From positions 848 through 57,672 of the forward strand of contig PLIU01000506.1 in NCBI GenBank assembly GCA_003140095.1: a stretch of DNA of 56,825 nt, written 5' to 3'. The DNA is from Verrucomicrobiales bacterium. GTDB lineage: Bacteria; Verrucomicrobiota; Verrucomicrobiia; Limisphaerales; Palsa-1400. The notes beneath the pieces are model-generated. The model was not told the DNA's origin, did not search any database, and saw nothing but the letters and a program-made list of their open reading frames with translations. Of this stretch, positions 43,138-53,059 are shown piece after piece. Numbering within the stretch: the first letter of the stretch is position 1; every line of letters begins with the position of its first letter. The translations under genes were made by a program, and so were the position numbers.

Positions 43138-44180
43138 ACTTGCCATCCGTGCGGACAAATGATCCGAAAATGAAGGTCTTGTTCTCCTGCAGTGTGCCGT
43201 TTTTTCTGGCGCACGGCGGTTCGCAGATTCTGGTGGAAGCGGTGATGCGCGAGTTGGGCGGCCTTGGCGTGGAAGTGGAGCCGGCACGATGGTGGGATGA
43301 GAATCAAAAGGGCGATGTCATCCACTATTTTAACCGCCCTCCCCCAACGAATGTCGATTTGGCCCGGCAAAAGGGATTCAAGGTCGTCATGACCGAACTC
43401 CTGGATCAGACCGCCTCGCGCGGCCGGGCGCAACTTCTGGCCCAGCGATCCTTCACCAAGCTGGCCCGCGCGCTTTTGCCGCCGGGCCTTTTGCTGCGGA
43501 CCGGGTGGGAGGTTTACGGACAACTCGACGCCATGGTTTATGCGGTCGAGCATGAGTGGGAGGTGGCCCAGTACCTTTTCGGCGCCAGGCCGGACAGAGG
43601 ATGTATCATTCCCCACGGGCTGGAGGAGGAAGCGCTGCGGCAATTAGCGCTGCCACAAAAGCAAGAGGACTACTTGGTTTCTGTGGCGACGATTCATCCG
43701 CGCAAGAACACCGTTGTGCTGGCGCAAGCTGCCCAGCGGGCGCGAACACCCGTGGTGTTTTTAGGCAAGCCTTACGCCGGGGACGACCCGTATTTTTTGG
43801 AGTTTAAAAAATGGGTGGACGGGAAGATCGTCCGCTACCCGGGATTTGTTTCCACCGAAGAGAAATGGCGTTATCTGCGCGGCGCGCGCGGATTTGCGCT
43901 GCTGAGCCAGTTTGAAAGCGGATGCATCGCCGTGTACGAGGCAGCCGCAGCCGGGTTGCCCCTGCTGCTCTCGGACTTGCCGTGGGCCTCCAAGGTTTAT
44001 GCAAACGCGCGGGCCGTGAAGTTTATTCGCTTGCGCTCGGTAACGGACATCGCCGCAGACTTGGGATCCTTTTACGCCCTCGCCCATCGGCAGCCTGGAA
44101 CAACCTTTCCGCTCTTGACATGGCGACAGGTGGCCGAAAAATACGCGAACGTTTATCAACGCATTCTGGGCCGACCATGA
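43134..44180 (+). CDS. Glycosyltransferase family 4
   Basis: HGG, IIPHGL, HPRKN, SQFESGCIAVYEAAAAGLP; ATGA overlap with the upstream gene. Confidence 0.88.
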   Translation: MNLPSVRTNDPKMKVLFSCSVPFFLAHGGSQILVEAVMRELGGLGVEVEPARWWDENQKGDVIHYFNRPPPTNVDLARQKGFKVVMTELLDQTASRGRAQLLAQRSFTKLARALLPPGLLLRTGWEVYGQLDAMVYAVEHEWEVAQYLFGARPDRGCIIPHGLEEEALRQLALPQKQEDYLVSVATIHPRKNTVVLAQAAQRARTPVVFLGKPYAGDDPYFLEFKKWVDGKIVRYPGFVSTEEKWRYLRGARGFALLSQFESGCIAVYEAAAAGLPLLLSDLPWASKVYANARAVKFIRLRSVTDIAADLGSFYALAHRQPGTTFPLLTWRQVAEKYANVYQRILGRP

Positions 44181-45334
44181 GAGTCGCCATCCTCGTTCCC
44201 GATAATCGGCAAGAGTTCCACCGGTATTCGGACCCCGAACCGTACTTTGGGCCGGCGCCGACTGCGCTGCTGAGCGGCTTGGCCATGATACCTGATTGTG
44301 AAATCCATATTGTCTGCTGCGTCCAGCGCCCACTCCGTTCTCCTTCAAAACTGGCCGGCAATATTTACTATCATTCCCTTCTGGTTCCAAAATGGGGTTG
44401 GATGCGGGGCGCTTACTTGGGCTGCCTCGGGGCCATTCGCCGGAAATTGCGCGAAATCACGCCTGACCTGGTGCATGGTCAAGGAACGGAACGTTACTGC
44501 GCTTTAGGAGCCGTTTATTCCGGGTTCCCAAATGTCGTGACCCTTCATGGGAACATGCGAAGGGTCGCCAAGGTCAACCAGGCACAGCCCTTTTCATTTT
44601 TGTGGTTGGCGGCGCGGATGGAACGCTGGATGCTCCCGAAAGCCGGAGGCGTCGTCTGTCTGAGCACTCATACCCAGCGGCAAGTTCAAGCGCTGGCCCG
44701 CACCACCTGGGTTCTGCCCAACGCAGTGGCCAGCAGTTTTTTTGATGTTCCCAGGCACGCAGTTGCCCCAAGCCAGATTCTCTGTGTCGCGAACATTCTT
44801 TACCATAAGAATCAAACCCAATTGATCCGGGCCTTGGATCCTCTGGCCAAAAAGACCGACTTTGAATTGATTTTCCTGGGCCGCGCGGCCACGACGGACT
44901 CCTACGCCCAGGAGTTTCTCCTCTTAGTGCGCGAACGGCCCTGGTGCCGTTTTCAAGGTTTCGCCAACCAGCCGGAGCTGCAAACGGCCCTTAGTCGCGC
45001 CGCCCTTCTCGTCTTGCCGTCTTTGGAAGAGAACTGTCCCATGGCAGTCCTGGAAGCGATGGCGGCGGGAGTGCCCGTGGCGGCGGCCAATCTGGGAGGA
45101 GTGCCCGATTTGATTGCTCATAATTCCGAGGGACTTCTGTTCGACCCGACCCAGCAGGAGAGTATCCGCGGCGCAATCGCGGAATTACTCGCAGATGACA
45201 AGAAGGCGGCGGGGTTGGCCGCGATAGCCAAGGCCAAGGCATGGCGGTGCTTTCATCCACAGAAGGTCGCCGAAAAGCACGTTGCGATCTACCACGAGGT
45301 CATCACGAAGAGCCAGGCCCCGCCGGTTGTTTGA
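44177..45334 (+). CDS. Glycosyltransferase family 4
   Basis: DLVHGQG, VTLHG, LPNAV, HKNQ, PSLEENCPMAVLEAMAAGVPV. Confidence 0.9.
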   Translation: MRVAILVPDNRQEFHRYSDPEPYFGPAPTALLSGLAMIPDCEIHIVCCVQRPLRSPSKLAGNIYYHSLLVPKWGWMRGAYLGCLGAIRRKLREITPDLVHGQGTERYCALGAVYSGFPNVVTLHGNMRRVAKVNQAQPFSFLWLAARMERWMLPKAGGVVCLSTHTQRQVQALARTTWVLPNAVASSFFDVPRHAVAPSQILCVANILYHKNQTQLIRALDPLAKKTDFELIFLGRAATTDSYAQEFLLLVRERPWCRFQGFANQPELQTALSRAALLVLPSLEENCPMAVLEAMAAGVPVAAANLGGVPDLIAHNSEGLLFDPTQQESIRGAIAELLADDKKAAGLAAIAKAKAWRCFHPQKVAEKHVAIYHEVITKSQAPPVV

Positions 45335-45519
45335 GGCCCTTCCAGTGATCCGAAAGAGGCCGGTCGGCCACGACACGCAGGTTCTTCACGAGGCGCGGCA
45401 AACTGATTCGGATATGCCCCGCGGCGATCCGGTCTTTGGGCTGAGGAGGGGGACAGCAAAACAGATTCGTTTTAAGGTTGACTGAATTACGCCGCAGCAT
45501 ACAGCCTGCGATAGCAGTC

Positions 45520-46188
45520 ATGAAATTCGGAATTTATGAGCTTTACAATCTTTTTCAGCCGGCTCTGAGAAGACGCCGTTTTAAACTTTTTTTGGATGCC
45601 TTCCAGCCCGTAGCGTCAACGCGAATCTTAGACGTGGGTGGATTCGTGAGGGATTGGAAGAACGCCGGGATACTTTCGTCCGTCACATGCCTCAATGTTG
45701 ATGTCATCCATGCCGATCCTGCGTCCGACAAGCCAACAACGAGTCGGGTCGTTTTTGAGGTGGGTGATGGGCGGAACATGAAGTTTGCAGATCAGAGCTT
45801 TGATATCGTGTTTTCCAACAGTGTGATCGAACATGTCGGCACTTGGAAGGACCAGCAGCGTTTTGCGGCGGAGGTTCGCCGGGTGGGCCGGCAAGTTTTT
45901 GTGCAAACGCCAAATCGATGGTTCTTTATCGAACCCCACTTCGTGGCTGTTTTTGTTCATTATCTTCCCTGGGCGCTGGCCAAGCGCATTATTCCTTTTT
46001 GTTCATTTCGCGGTCTTTTTCGCAGTGGCGACAACGCAAATCTTAAGCAATTGGCCGCTGAGTTGGGTTTATTGTCGTTCCACCAGGTGAAGGAACTTTT
46101 TCCGGATTGCGAAATTCATCGTGAAAAACTGTTTGGTTTGACAAAGAGTTTCGTCGCGGTCAGACGCGATCCTGCCAAAGCTGGATAG
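45520..46188 (+). CDS. Class I SAM-dependent methyltransferase (Methyltransf_11-like)
   Basis: ILDVGG, GDGRNMKFADQSFDIVFSNSVIEHVG, VQTPN.WF.IEPH. Confidence 0.88.
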   Translation: MKFGIYELYNLFQPALRRRRFKLFLDAFQPVASTRILDVGGFVRDWKNAGILSSVTCLNVDVIHADPASDKPTTSRVVFEVGDGRNMKFADQSFDIVFSNSVIEHVGTWKDQQRFAAEVRRVGRQVFVQTPNRWFFIEPHFVAVFVHYLPWALAKRIIPFCSFRGLFRSGDNANLKQLAAELGLLSFHQVKELFPDCEIHREKLFGLTKSFVAVRRDPAKAG

Positions 46189-46296
46189 CCCCCAAACCGC
46201 AGAATTTTAGCATGAAGGCGAGGCCGTGAGAGGATGTAAGAATTTCGTTGCTATGCCTGATGGTCCTGCTCTAGATTAAGTTCAGAGAACTGAAAG

Positions 46297-47823
46297 ATGC
46301 TTAATATCCATCGCCTTCTGATTGCTTACGCCGTGGCCATACCGCTGGCTTTGATGCTGGGGTACTTGGTGGCGACGCCGGATCTGGCCAGCATCGCCGC
46401 GCTCGGTTTTGTTTTGTTCTGTCTGGCGCTGCCACTGGTCATCCGGTGGCATCATGCTCTGCTTATCGTGGTCTGGAATTCGGCGTTAATGCTGGGCTTT
46501 ATGCCAGGCCAACCGCGTCTCTGGCTCGTCGTGGCGGCGATGGCCTTTGCCATGGCGGCGGTCAACCACGTAACCGGCTTGAAATCCTCCCTGCGCGCGC
46601 CGGAACTGACGAAGCCGCTCCTGTTTTTACTCGCGGTGGTCGTGGTGACCGCGCGGTATCGAGGCGGGTTGGGTTCGCGTGTTCTTGGCGGATCGGGCTA
46701 TGGCGGCAGAGGTTACATTTATATCCTGGGGGCGATCATCGGATATTTTGCTTTGACGGCCCAACGGATTCCGATCGACAAGAGTGAGCGGATGGTTAAA
46801 TGGTTCTTCCTTTCCGGCCTGACGTTTATCTTAAGCAATCTGCTCTACGTGCTTGGGCCGGCTTTTTACGTGCTGTATAATTTTATTTCGTCGGATTTTG
46901 TGGGCACCCAGGTCGCCGTTGACTACGGGCAAAACGTGGTTGAGCGCTTTGGCGGACTGGGGCCCGCCGCAACCGCGATTTTTTGCTTTGTTCTGGCGCG
47001 TTGGGGCATCCGGCGGATTTTCGAATGGGACAAACCGTGGCGATTGATGCTCTTGATCGTAGCCATCGGAGCTGCCCTTTTCAGCGGTTTTCGTTCGCAA
47101 GTCGGCCTCTTGGGCGCTTTTTTTGTAATGCAATTCATGGTGGAGGGCCTTTGGAAAACCGCCTTCCTGCCGCTTTTCTGCTTGCTGCTGGCGCTGTGTC
47201 TGACACCCATGCTGCTGTTCGCCAACAAGATGCCTCCGGCTGTGCAGCGAAGTCTGGCTGTCTTTCTGCCTATATTTCCTGTGGAAATCAATCCCGACGT
47301 GCGCGTGGAAGCGTTGAACTCCACTCAGTGGCGCCACGAAATGTGGTCAGAGGTGTACCCGGAGGTTCCCAGATACCTTCTCATCGGCAAAGGATACTCG
47401 ATTGATCCGGTTGACCTTTATTTAACCGAGCAGGCGACTCAATCGGGCCTCCTCAACAATTACGAGCTCTCGATTGTTGCCGGTGACTATCATAATGGCC
47501 CCCTTTCGGTTCTGATCCCGTTTGGAATGTTTGGAGCGATTGCCGTTCTCTGGCTGCTGGGAGCGGGCGTAAAGGTGCTGTATTGGAACTACCGTTACGG
47601 CGATGCCCGATTGAGGCAGGTGAATATGACTCTGCTGTCGTTTTTCCTGACGCAATGCATTTTTTTCTTTTTTGTGTTCGGCGCAATCAGCTCGCAGCTT
47701 GTGATGTTTTTGGGAATTCTGGGCCTCAATGTCAGCCTTAATGGCGGGGTCTGCCGCCGGCCCGCAGTAGCCCGCCAAACGGCCCCTTCATCCCCGCTGG
47801 CCGTGCCCGTGCCGGCGGCTTGA
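46297..47823 (+). CDS. O-antigen ligase/polymerase-like (Wzy_C/WaaL) membrane protein
   Basis: About 12 hydrophobic segments; SGFRS, periplasmic STQWRHEMW...LLIGKG...GDYHNG...FGMFG. Confidence 0.78.
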   Translation: MLNIHRLLIAYAVAIPLALMLGYLVATPDLASIAALGFVLFCLALPLVIRWHHALLIVVWNSALMLGFMPGQPRLWLVVAAMAFAMAAVNHVTGLKSSLRAPELTKPLLFLLAVVVVTARYRGGLGSRVLGGSGYGGRGYIYILGAIIGYFALTAQRIPIDKSERMVKWFFLSGLTFILSNLLYVLGPAFYVLYNFISSDFVGTQVAVDYGQNVVERFGGLGPAATAIFCFVLARWGIRRIFEWDKPWRLMLLIVAIGAALFSGFRSQVGLLGAFFVMQFMVEGLWKTAFLPLFCLLLALCLTPMLLFANKMPPAVQRSLAVFLPIFPVEINPDVRVEALNSTQWRHEMWSEVYPEVPRYLLIGKGYSIDPVDLYLTEQATQSGLLNNYELSIVAGDYHNGPLSVLIPFGMFGAIAVLWLLGAGVKVLYWNYRYGDARLRQVNMTLLSFFLTQCIFFFFVFGAISSQLVMFLGILGLNVSLNGGVCRRPAVARQTAPSSPLAVPVPAA

Positions 47824-47871
47824 TGCTCCATGACGCAAGCGCCGTCATGAAGGAACCGGCCTGATGCCGCC

Positions 47872-48726
47872 ATGCGCTTTTCCGTGGTCACACCGAGTTT
47901 CCGCCAATCGCAGTGGCTTAAGCTGTGCGTGGCCTCGGTTGCGGACCAAGGGGTGGAGGCCGAGCATATTGTGCAGGACGCCTGCTCGGATGACGGCACC
48001 TTGGATTGGCTCTTGACCGATCCACGCCTCAAGGCCTACTCAGAGAAGGACGCTGGAATGTACGACGCCGTCAATCGCGGCCTGAGGCGGGCTTCAGGTG
48101 AAATCCTCTCTTACTTGAATTGCGACGAGCAATACCTGCCGGGGGCTTTGCCGGCGGTGGGGGCCTATTTTGAGCGCCATCCGCAAGTGGAGATGCTCTT
48201 TGGCAACTGCGTGGTCGTGGGTCCAAAAGGGGAATTCATTTGTTACCGCAAGGTCCAGAAGCCCTCCAAGCATCACGTCATGGTATCCCATTTGCCAACC
48301 TTTACCTGCTCGACCTTTTTCCGCCGCTCTGTCCTGGACCAACACGGTCTGTTTTTTGACAGCCAATGGCGCGATCTTGGAGACGCCGAATGGGTTTTGC
48401 GCGCCTTGGATAAGGGCGTTCGCATTGGCATCCTGGGAGAATTCCTGTCCGTTTTTGCCGACACGGGCGCCAACATGAACCTTGCGCCCAATGCGCAGAA
48501 GGAAAAGAAACTGCTGGCACAGGCGGCGCCTGGATGGGCGCGGAAACTGGCGGTGGCGCTGGTGTGGCGGCATCGATTCAACCGTCTGATCCGCGGCGCC
48601 TACAGTCAAAAACCTTTTGACTACGCGATCTACACTTTGGCCGATTCGGATGAACGGGTGGTCCATCACGTGGAGCGCCCAACTTTTGTCTGGAAAGGAC
48701 GGTTGGAGTCAACCTTCAAGATCTGA
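47872..48726 (+). CDS. Glycosyltransferase family 2
   Basis: FSVVTPSF, IVQDACSDDGT, EKDAGMYDAVNRG, YLNCDE. Confidence 0.9.
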   Translation: MRFSVVTPSFRQSQWLKLCVASVADQGVEAEHIVQDACSDDGTLDWLLTDPRLKAYSEKDAGMYDAVNRGLRRASGEILSYLNCDEQYLPGALPAVGAYFERHPQVEMLFGNCVVVGPKGEFICYRKVQKPSKHHVMVSHLPTFTCSTFFRRSVLDQHGLFFDSQWRDLGDAEWVLRALDKGVRIGILGEFLSVFADTGANMNLAPNAQKEKKLLAQAAPGWARKLAVALVWRHRFNRLIRGAYSQKPFDYAIYTLADSDERVVHHVERPTFVWKGRLESTFKI

Positions 48727-48739
48727 CTTGCTGTCGCCC

Positions 48740-50188
48740 ATGGTCTTCAATTCCCTGATCTTCTTGGTGTTTTTGGCGGTGGTGCTTACGCTTTATTACC
48801 CGCTGAATCACCGCAGCCAGAACCTGATGCTTCTGGCGGCCAGCTATTTCTTTTATGGTTGGTGGGATTACCGGTTTCTGAGCCTCCTGCTATTCACGTC
48901 GCTGTTCGACTACGTGTGCGCCCTCAAAATTGAGGCCGAAAACAGGCCTGCCCGACGCAAGCTATTTCTGGCCTCCAGCATTTTCGTCAACATGGGCGTT
49001 CTGGGAATATTCAAGTATTACAATTTCTTTGCCGCCACGCTGCGGTCCGCATTGGAGCCAATGGGTGTGCATCTGGATTTCCCGACGCTGCATTTGATTC
49101 TTCCGATCGGGCTTTCCTTCTACACCTTTCTCTCCATGAGCTACACCATTGATGTTTATCGGAAGGAGATTCCGGCCACCCGCAACGCTCTGGATTTCAT
49201 GCTTTATGTGGCCTACTTCCCGCATTTGGTGGCGGGGCCTATTGTGCGAGCTTCCTATCTCCTTCCGCAGATCCAGCGCCCGCGAGTCATCAAGGCGCCG
49301 GAGGTTGAGAATGGAATCTGGCTCATTTTGATTGGCTATATAAAGAAGGTAGTCATCGCCGACCGCCTCGGCCAGTTTGTGGACTGGAGCTTCGCCCAAC
49401 CCGCCGCCCCCTTTGATAATCTGAATGCGTGGGTCGTGATTTATGCCTTTGCCTTCCAGATTTACGGCGATTTCGCCGGCTATTCGGACATCGCCCGCGG
49501 ACTGGCCAAGCTCATGGGGTTCGAGTTGGTGGTGAATTTTCGCGCGCCTTATTTGGTGTCCAATCCTGCGGCCTTCTGGCGCCACTGGCACATCAGCCTT
49601 TCGACCTGGCTGCGCGATTATCTCTATATTTCGCTGGGGGGCAACCGTCACGGAAGATGGAAGACTTACCGCAACCTCATGCTAACCATGTTGCTGGGAG
49701 GCTTGTGGCATGGTGCCGGGTTGGCCTTCGTGCTTTGGGGTCTTTACCAGGGTCTGCTTCTGGTGGTCCATCGCCTGTGGTCGGAATTCCGCGGATCGCC
49801 TGCGCACAGCGCTGACCCTCACCCCAGCGGATGGCTTGGCTGGTTCAAGATGTTCCTTTTGGTGGCGGTGTTTTTCCACATCACCTGTTTGGGCTGGCTC
49901 CTGTTCCGGGCCGGCGGCGTGCGGCACGGAGAGGGCGAGTGGGCCGTTGTCAGGTCTTATCTCCGTGCCATGTTTCGCTTTCAAGGAACCCATCTTTTGC
50001 TCAACTTCATTATCCCCGTGGCCATGCTTGGCGCCCTGGGGTTGTTCTTCCAGTGGAGGAACTGGAAGATGAATGAGTTTTCCCAATGGTCCAGTTCCAA
50101 GAAGGCCTTGGCCGTCACAACGGCGCTGGCACTCATCACCGTCATGGGTGTTTTTCAGGGCGCGCAATTCATTTACTTTCAATTCTGA
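48740..50188 (+). CDS. MBOAT family O-acyltransferase (AlgI/DltB-like)
   Basis: MVFNS..FL.F, LPIGLSFYTF, YFPHLVAGPI, QIYGDFAGYSDIA, FWRHWHISLSTWLRDYLYI.LGGN, GLWHGA, FIYFQF. Confidence 0.93.
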   Translation: MVFNSLIFLVFLAVVLTLYYPLNHRSQNLMLLAASYFFYGWWDYRFLSLLLFTSLFDYVCALKIEAENRPARRKLFLASSIFVNMGVLGIFKYYNFFAATLRSALEPMGVHLDFPTLHLILPIGLSFYTFLSMSYTIDVYRKEIPATRNALDFMLYVAYFPHLVAGPIVRASYLLPQIQRPRVIKAPEVENGIWLILIGYIKKVVIADRLGQFVDWSFAQPAAPFDNLNAWVVIYAFAFQIYGDFAGYSDIARGLAKLMGFELVVNFRAPYLVSNPAAFWRHWHISLSTWLRDYLYISLGGNRHGRWKTYRNLMLTMLLGGLWHGAGLAFVLWGLYQGLLLVVHRLWSEFRGSPAHSADPHPSGWLGWFKMFLLVAVFFHITCLGWLLFRAGGVRHGEGEWAVVRSYLRAMFRFQGTHLLLNFIIPVAMLGALGLFFQWRNWKMNEFSQWSSSKKALAVTTALALITVMGVFQGAQFIYFQF

Positions 50189-51451
50189 ATGGGGAGCCGA
50201 AAGCTAATCATCTTGATGGCCGGGGTTTCCGCCGCAGCCTTGGTGTTGTATGCCGTATTGGGCAGGACGCTGGCAGGCGCGTTGGATGTCCGTTTCGGGC
50301 ACCGCGTTCTCCAGATGGCCGCCGGCAAAACCACCGACTCGCGAATGTTCATCCAGATGCGCTTGCGCGAAGCCGTGTTTCTTTTGACCGCGGCCGCTCT
50401 CATCGCCTTGGCCCAATTTCTGGCCGCTTGCTGGATTAACCGAAGGACTCCGCCTCGCTTGGTCTGGATTTTGAGCGCTCTCAGTGGGTTTGTCTGCCTC
50501 AATGCGTTCGCTCTCCTCGCCGCTCACACGGTGGTTTTCTGGTGTCTTCTGTTCACCGGCACTGGCACCACGCACAATTACACTCAATACCGGATTAAAT
50601 GGGGCTTGACGCGGGAGATGCAGGCGCCCAAACAGGCCGTTCTCTTCGGCTCCAGCCAGACCCGCGCGGAAATCGACGAGGGCATCCTCAACGAACGCTT
50701 GGGAACCCGCTTATGGACCACCGAATTGCACTTTCCCGGCAACCAGGTTTACGATATGCTTTTGAACCTGGAGGACCTTCCACCCGTCAAAGTGGATTAC
50801 GTCATCTGTTACTTGAGCGAGGGCAACTTCATCGTCGGTCCTCAAACGGAAAGCATCAAGTTTTTCCTGAATTTTCGCAATCTCCCGGAATTCTACAGTT
50901 TGGGTGGCGCTTTCACCCATCCAAATCGTTCATTTGCCTACGGTCTTCTGGGAAATGCCCTGCCTCTGTTCCGCCTCCGGGATCCTCTTCTCGACCGAAT
51001 TCTGGGCTCCAGCATTATGAATTTGAGCCAGGAGGAGTGGAATCAGTCCCTGGTTCCGGATTTGGCCACCAGAGCCAGGACTGCCGTCGTGCCGTATTAC
51101 TTTGGGCCAAACACGGTATTTCAAAAGAAAGCCTTTTGCGTTTTCGCGGCCAGATGCCGCGAACGGCACGCAGTCCTGATTGTCTGCTGTGGACAGTTGA
51201 ATCCCATTCTTGGCCGGATGGTTGATCCATCCTTCCGAGCCGGTATGCTTGCATTCTTGCGCGGCCAGGCCGCCCAGGATACGAACATTGTTTTGCTGGA
51301 ACAGGCGCAGATGCCTGCGCAAACAGAAAAGGACTACGACGATCTCACCCACGTCAACACGGCCACGCAGGCGCGATTCAGCGATTTTATCGTCGGCGTC
51401 CTGGAAAACCTCATGCAAACCAACCTGCCGGCAAAACATGGAGCCCACTAA
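50189..51451 (+). CDS. Membrane-anchored SGNH/DltD-like protein, probable partner of the MBOAT
   Basis: N-terminal TM helices; LFGSSQT (GSS block) and YDDLTHVN (DxxH); begins immediately after the MBOAT stop. Confidence 0.72.
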   Translation: MGSRKLIILMAGVSAAALVLYAVLGRTLAGALDVRFGHRVLQMAAGKTTDSRMFIQMRLREAVFLLTAAALIALAQFLAACWINRRTPPRLVWILSALSGFVCLNAFALLAAHTVVFWCLLFTGTGTTHNYTQYRIKWGLTREMQAPKQAVLFGSSQTRAEIDEGILNERLGTRLWTTELHFPGNQVYDMLLNLEDLPPVKVDYVICYLSEGNFIVGPQTESIKFFLNFRNLPEFYSLGGAFTHPNRSFAYGLLGNALPLFRLRDPLLDRILGSSIMNLSQEEWNQSLVPDLATRARTAVVPYYFGPNTVFQKKAFCVFAARCRERHAVLIVCCGQLNPILGRMVDPSFRAGMLAFLRGQAAQDTNIVLLEQAQMPAQTEKDYDDLTHVNTATQARFSDFIVGVLENLMQTNLPAKHGAH

Positions 51452-51728
51452 CGTTCGTCCCATGAAGCACGGCACCAAGCGAACGCTCGAAGGCATCGCT
51501 AAGCTTCTGGCGGAGAGGAATGAATCGGCTCTTGCGGCAGCATCATCGTCAAGCCGACCACCATGGAGCAGAACTGTCGCGGGCTGCCGGCGCTGGTGCG
51601 GCATTTTGGAACGAGCTCCAAAATTGAGATCCATTTCCAAACCTAAATTGGCAAAATCCCTAAGCCGTTCTGGGTAAAGGATATAAATGAATTGCAGGGC
51701 GTCCTCGATGAACTCAGAGAGTTGCGGC

Positions 51729-52763
51729 TCATGTTTCAGGTTTAGGCGGCCCGCGTTTTTCATCAAGCGTGGTTCGTTCTTTGTTATAGTCATAGAACGG
51801 CTCCCGGAAGAGATAAAGGAGGCGGTGGGCCAACCCGGCCATAGGGGACCGATAGCCCAGCCACGCCAGAAATGAGCTGTTGAAACAAAATAAACCGGGC
51901 AGATCCGTCCATTTGCGCTTGAGATAAAATGGGACGGTTTGGAACGCTTCCCAGTCTTGGTTGAGCGCAATTTCGGGAAACGAAGTCCACCAGCCTTGGC
52001 GGCGAAAGTATTGCAAGTAGCGGACGGTGCGTTCGTCAATTTGCATCAGCTTGCAGCAAATGCGGTCGGCGGCGACCATATCGTTGGAGACCAGCAGCCA
52101 GTTCAGATCCACGACATCGCCGCGCATGGGGCCGGTGCCGTTCAAGCCAAAGCGGCCATCAACGATGGAGTGGGCCTTGGGGAGCCGACGGTTGACTTCA
52201 AAGATGACTTCGGCAAAAAAGGGATGGAGTTTGAGCCGCACGGCAGGGTTCTGGATGCAGCCCCATTGGTTCTTGATGGACATGGAGACGCGGGTGTTCA
52301 TGTGTATCTTAGGCACAGGCATGGTGATGAAAGCATCGATCTCGTGCAGGAGCAGTTTGGGCATGGGGATGGAGAGCTTTCGGTGGCCGACCTTGATTCT
52401 CAGGAGTTCAGGCTCGGTATAGCTAATGTTGACCAGGCGAGCGCCGGTTTGCGTGGCCAATTCGTTCATTCCCATTTGTTCAAAAACGGCATCCATGGAA
52501 AAGGGGTTGTAGCCGCCGCTTTCGGCCTCGCCGATGATGACCTTGTAACCGCGACTGATAAGGCATTCAGTGGTGGCTTTGATGCAGGCAAAGGAGGTCA
52601 TGACCCCAGGACGGTAGGTGGGAAAAGTGAAATTGGGTTTGAGAAAGACAGTGGCCCCCGGGCGGACCGTTTCAAAAAATCCGACACCAGCCAGACCGGC
52701 TGCAACAGGTCCCGGATAACCATCGGCGAGTTTGCTCAGAAAAACCTTTGGTTTGGCGACCAT
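51729..52763 (-). CDS. DUF362 domain protein
   Basis: VFLKPNF, IIGEAESG, ITMPVPKIH...SMSIKNQWGC, IVDG......GP..G, DMVAAD. Confidence 0.82.
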   Translation of the reverse strand: MVAKPKVFLSKLADGYPGPVAAGLAGVGFFETVRPGATVFLKPNFTFPTYRPGVMTSFACIKATTECLISRGYKVIIGEAESGGYNPFSMDAVFEQMGMNELATQTGARLVNISYTEPELLRIKVGHRKLSIPMPKLLLHEIDAFITMPVPKIHMNTRVSMSIKNQWGCIQNPAVRLKLHPFFAEVIFEVNRRLPKAHSIVDGRFGLNGTGPMRGDVVDLNWLLVSNDMVAADRICCKLMQIDERTVRYLQYFRRQGWWTSFPEIALNQDWEAFQTVPFYLKRKWTDLPGLFCFNSSFLAWLGYRSPMAGLAHRLLYLFREPFYDYNKERTTLDEKRGPPKPET

Positions 52764-53059
52764 GCGCAACAACTTAACAGTCCGGCGTCCGTCCGGTCAA
52801 TAGCCTGCAGATAGTTCGCCAACCCATCTGAGCGGCAATGCATGCGATTGGCCATCTCATGCGCAAAATGAAAAACCACTTGCTTGGGCTGGCCAGCGTG
52901 GGCATTATCTTGCCATGGAGGCCACTGTTTGTAAGGCTTGGAAACTTTGGCCCGAATTCATTCCACGCATCAAGGCCATGGCTTGCGAAAGCTTGTTGCT
53001 GTCGAAATCGTAACTTGCCTTTGAATATGCCAATATCTGGAACCCTTCACAACCCCTTG

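Noticed and set aside
47660-47673. Phase-variable poly-T tract in the ligase-like gene
   Set aside because: The runs are only 6-7 nt and are explained by Phe codons in a TM helix.
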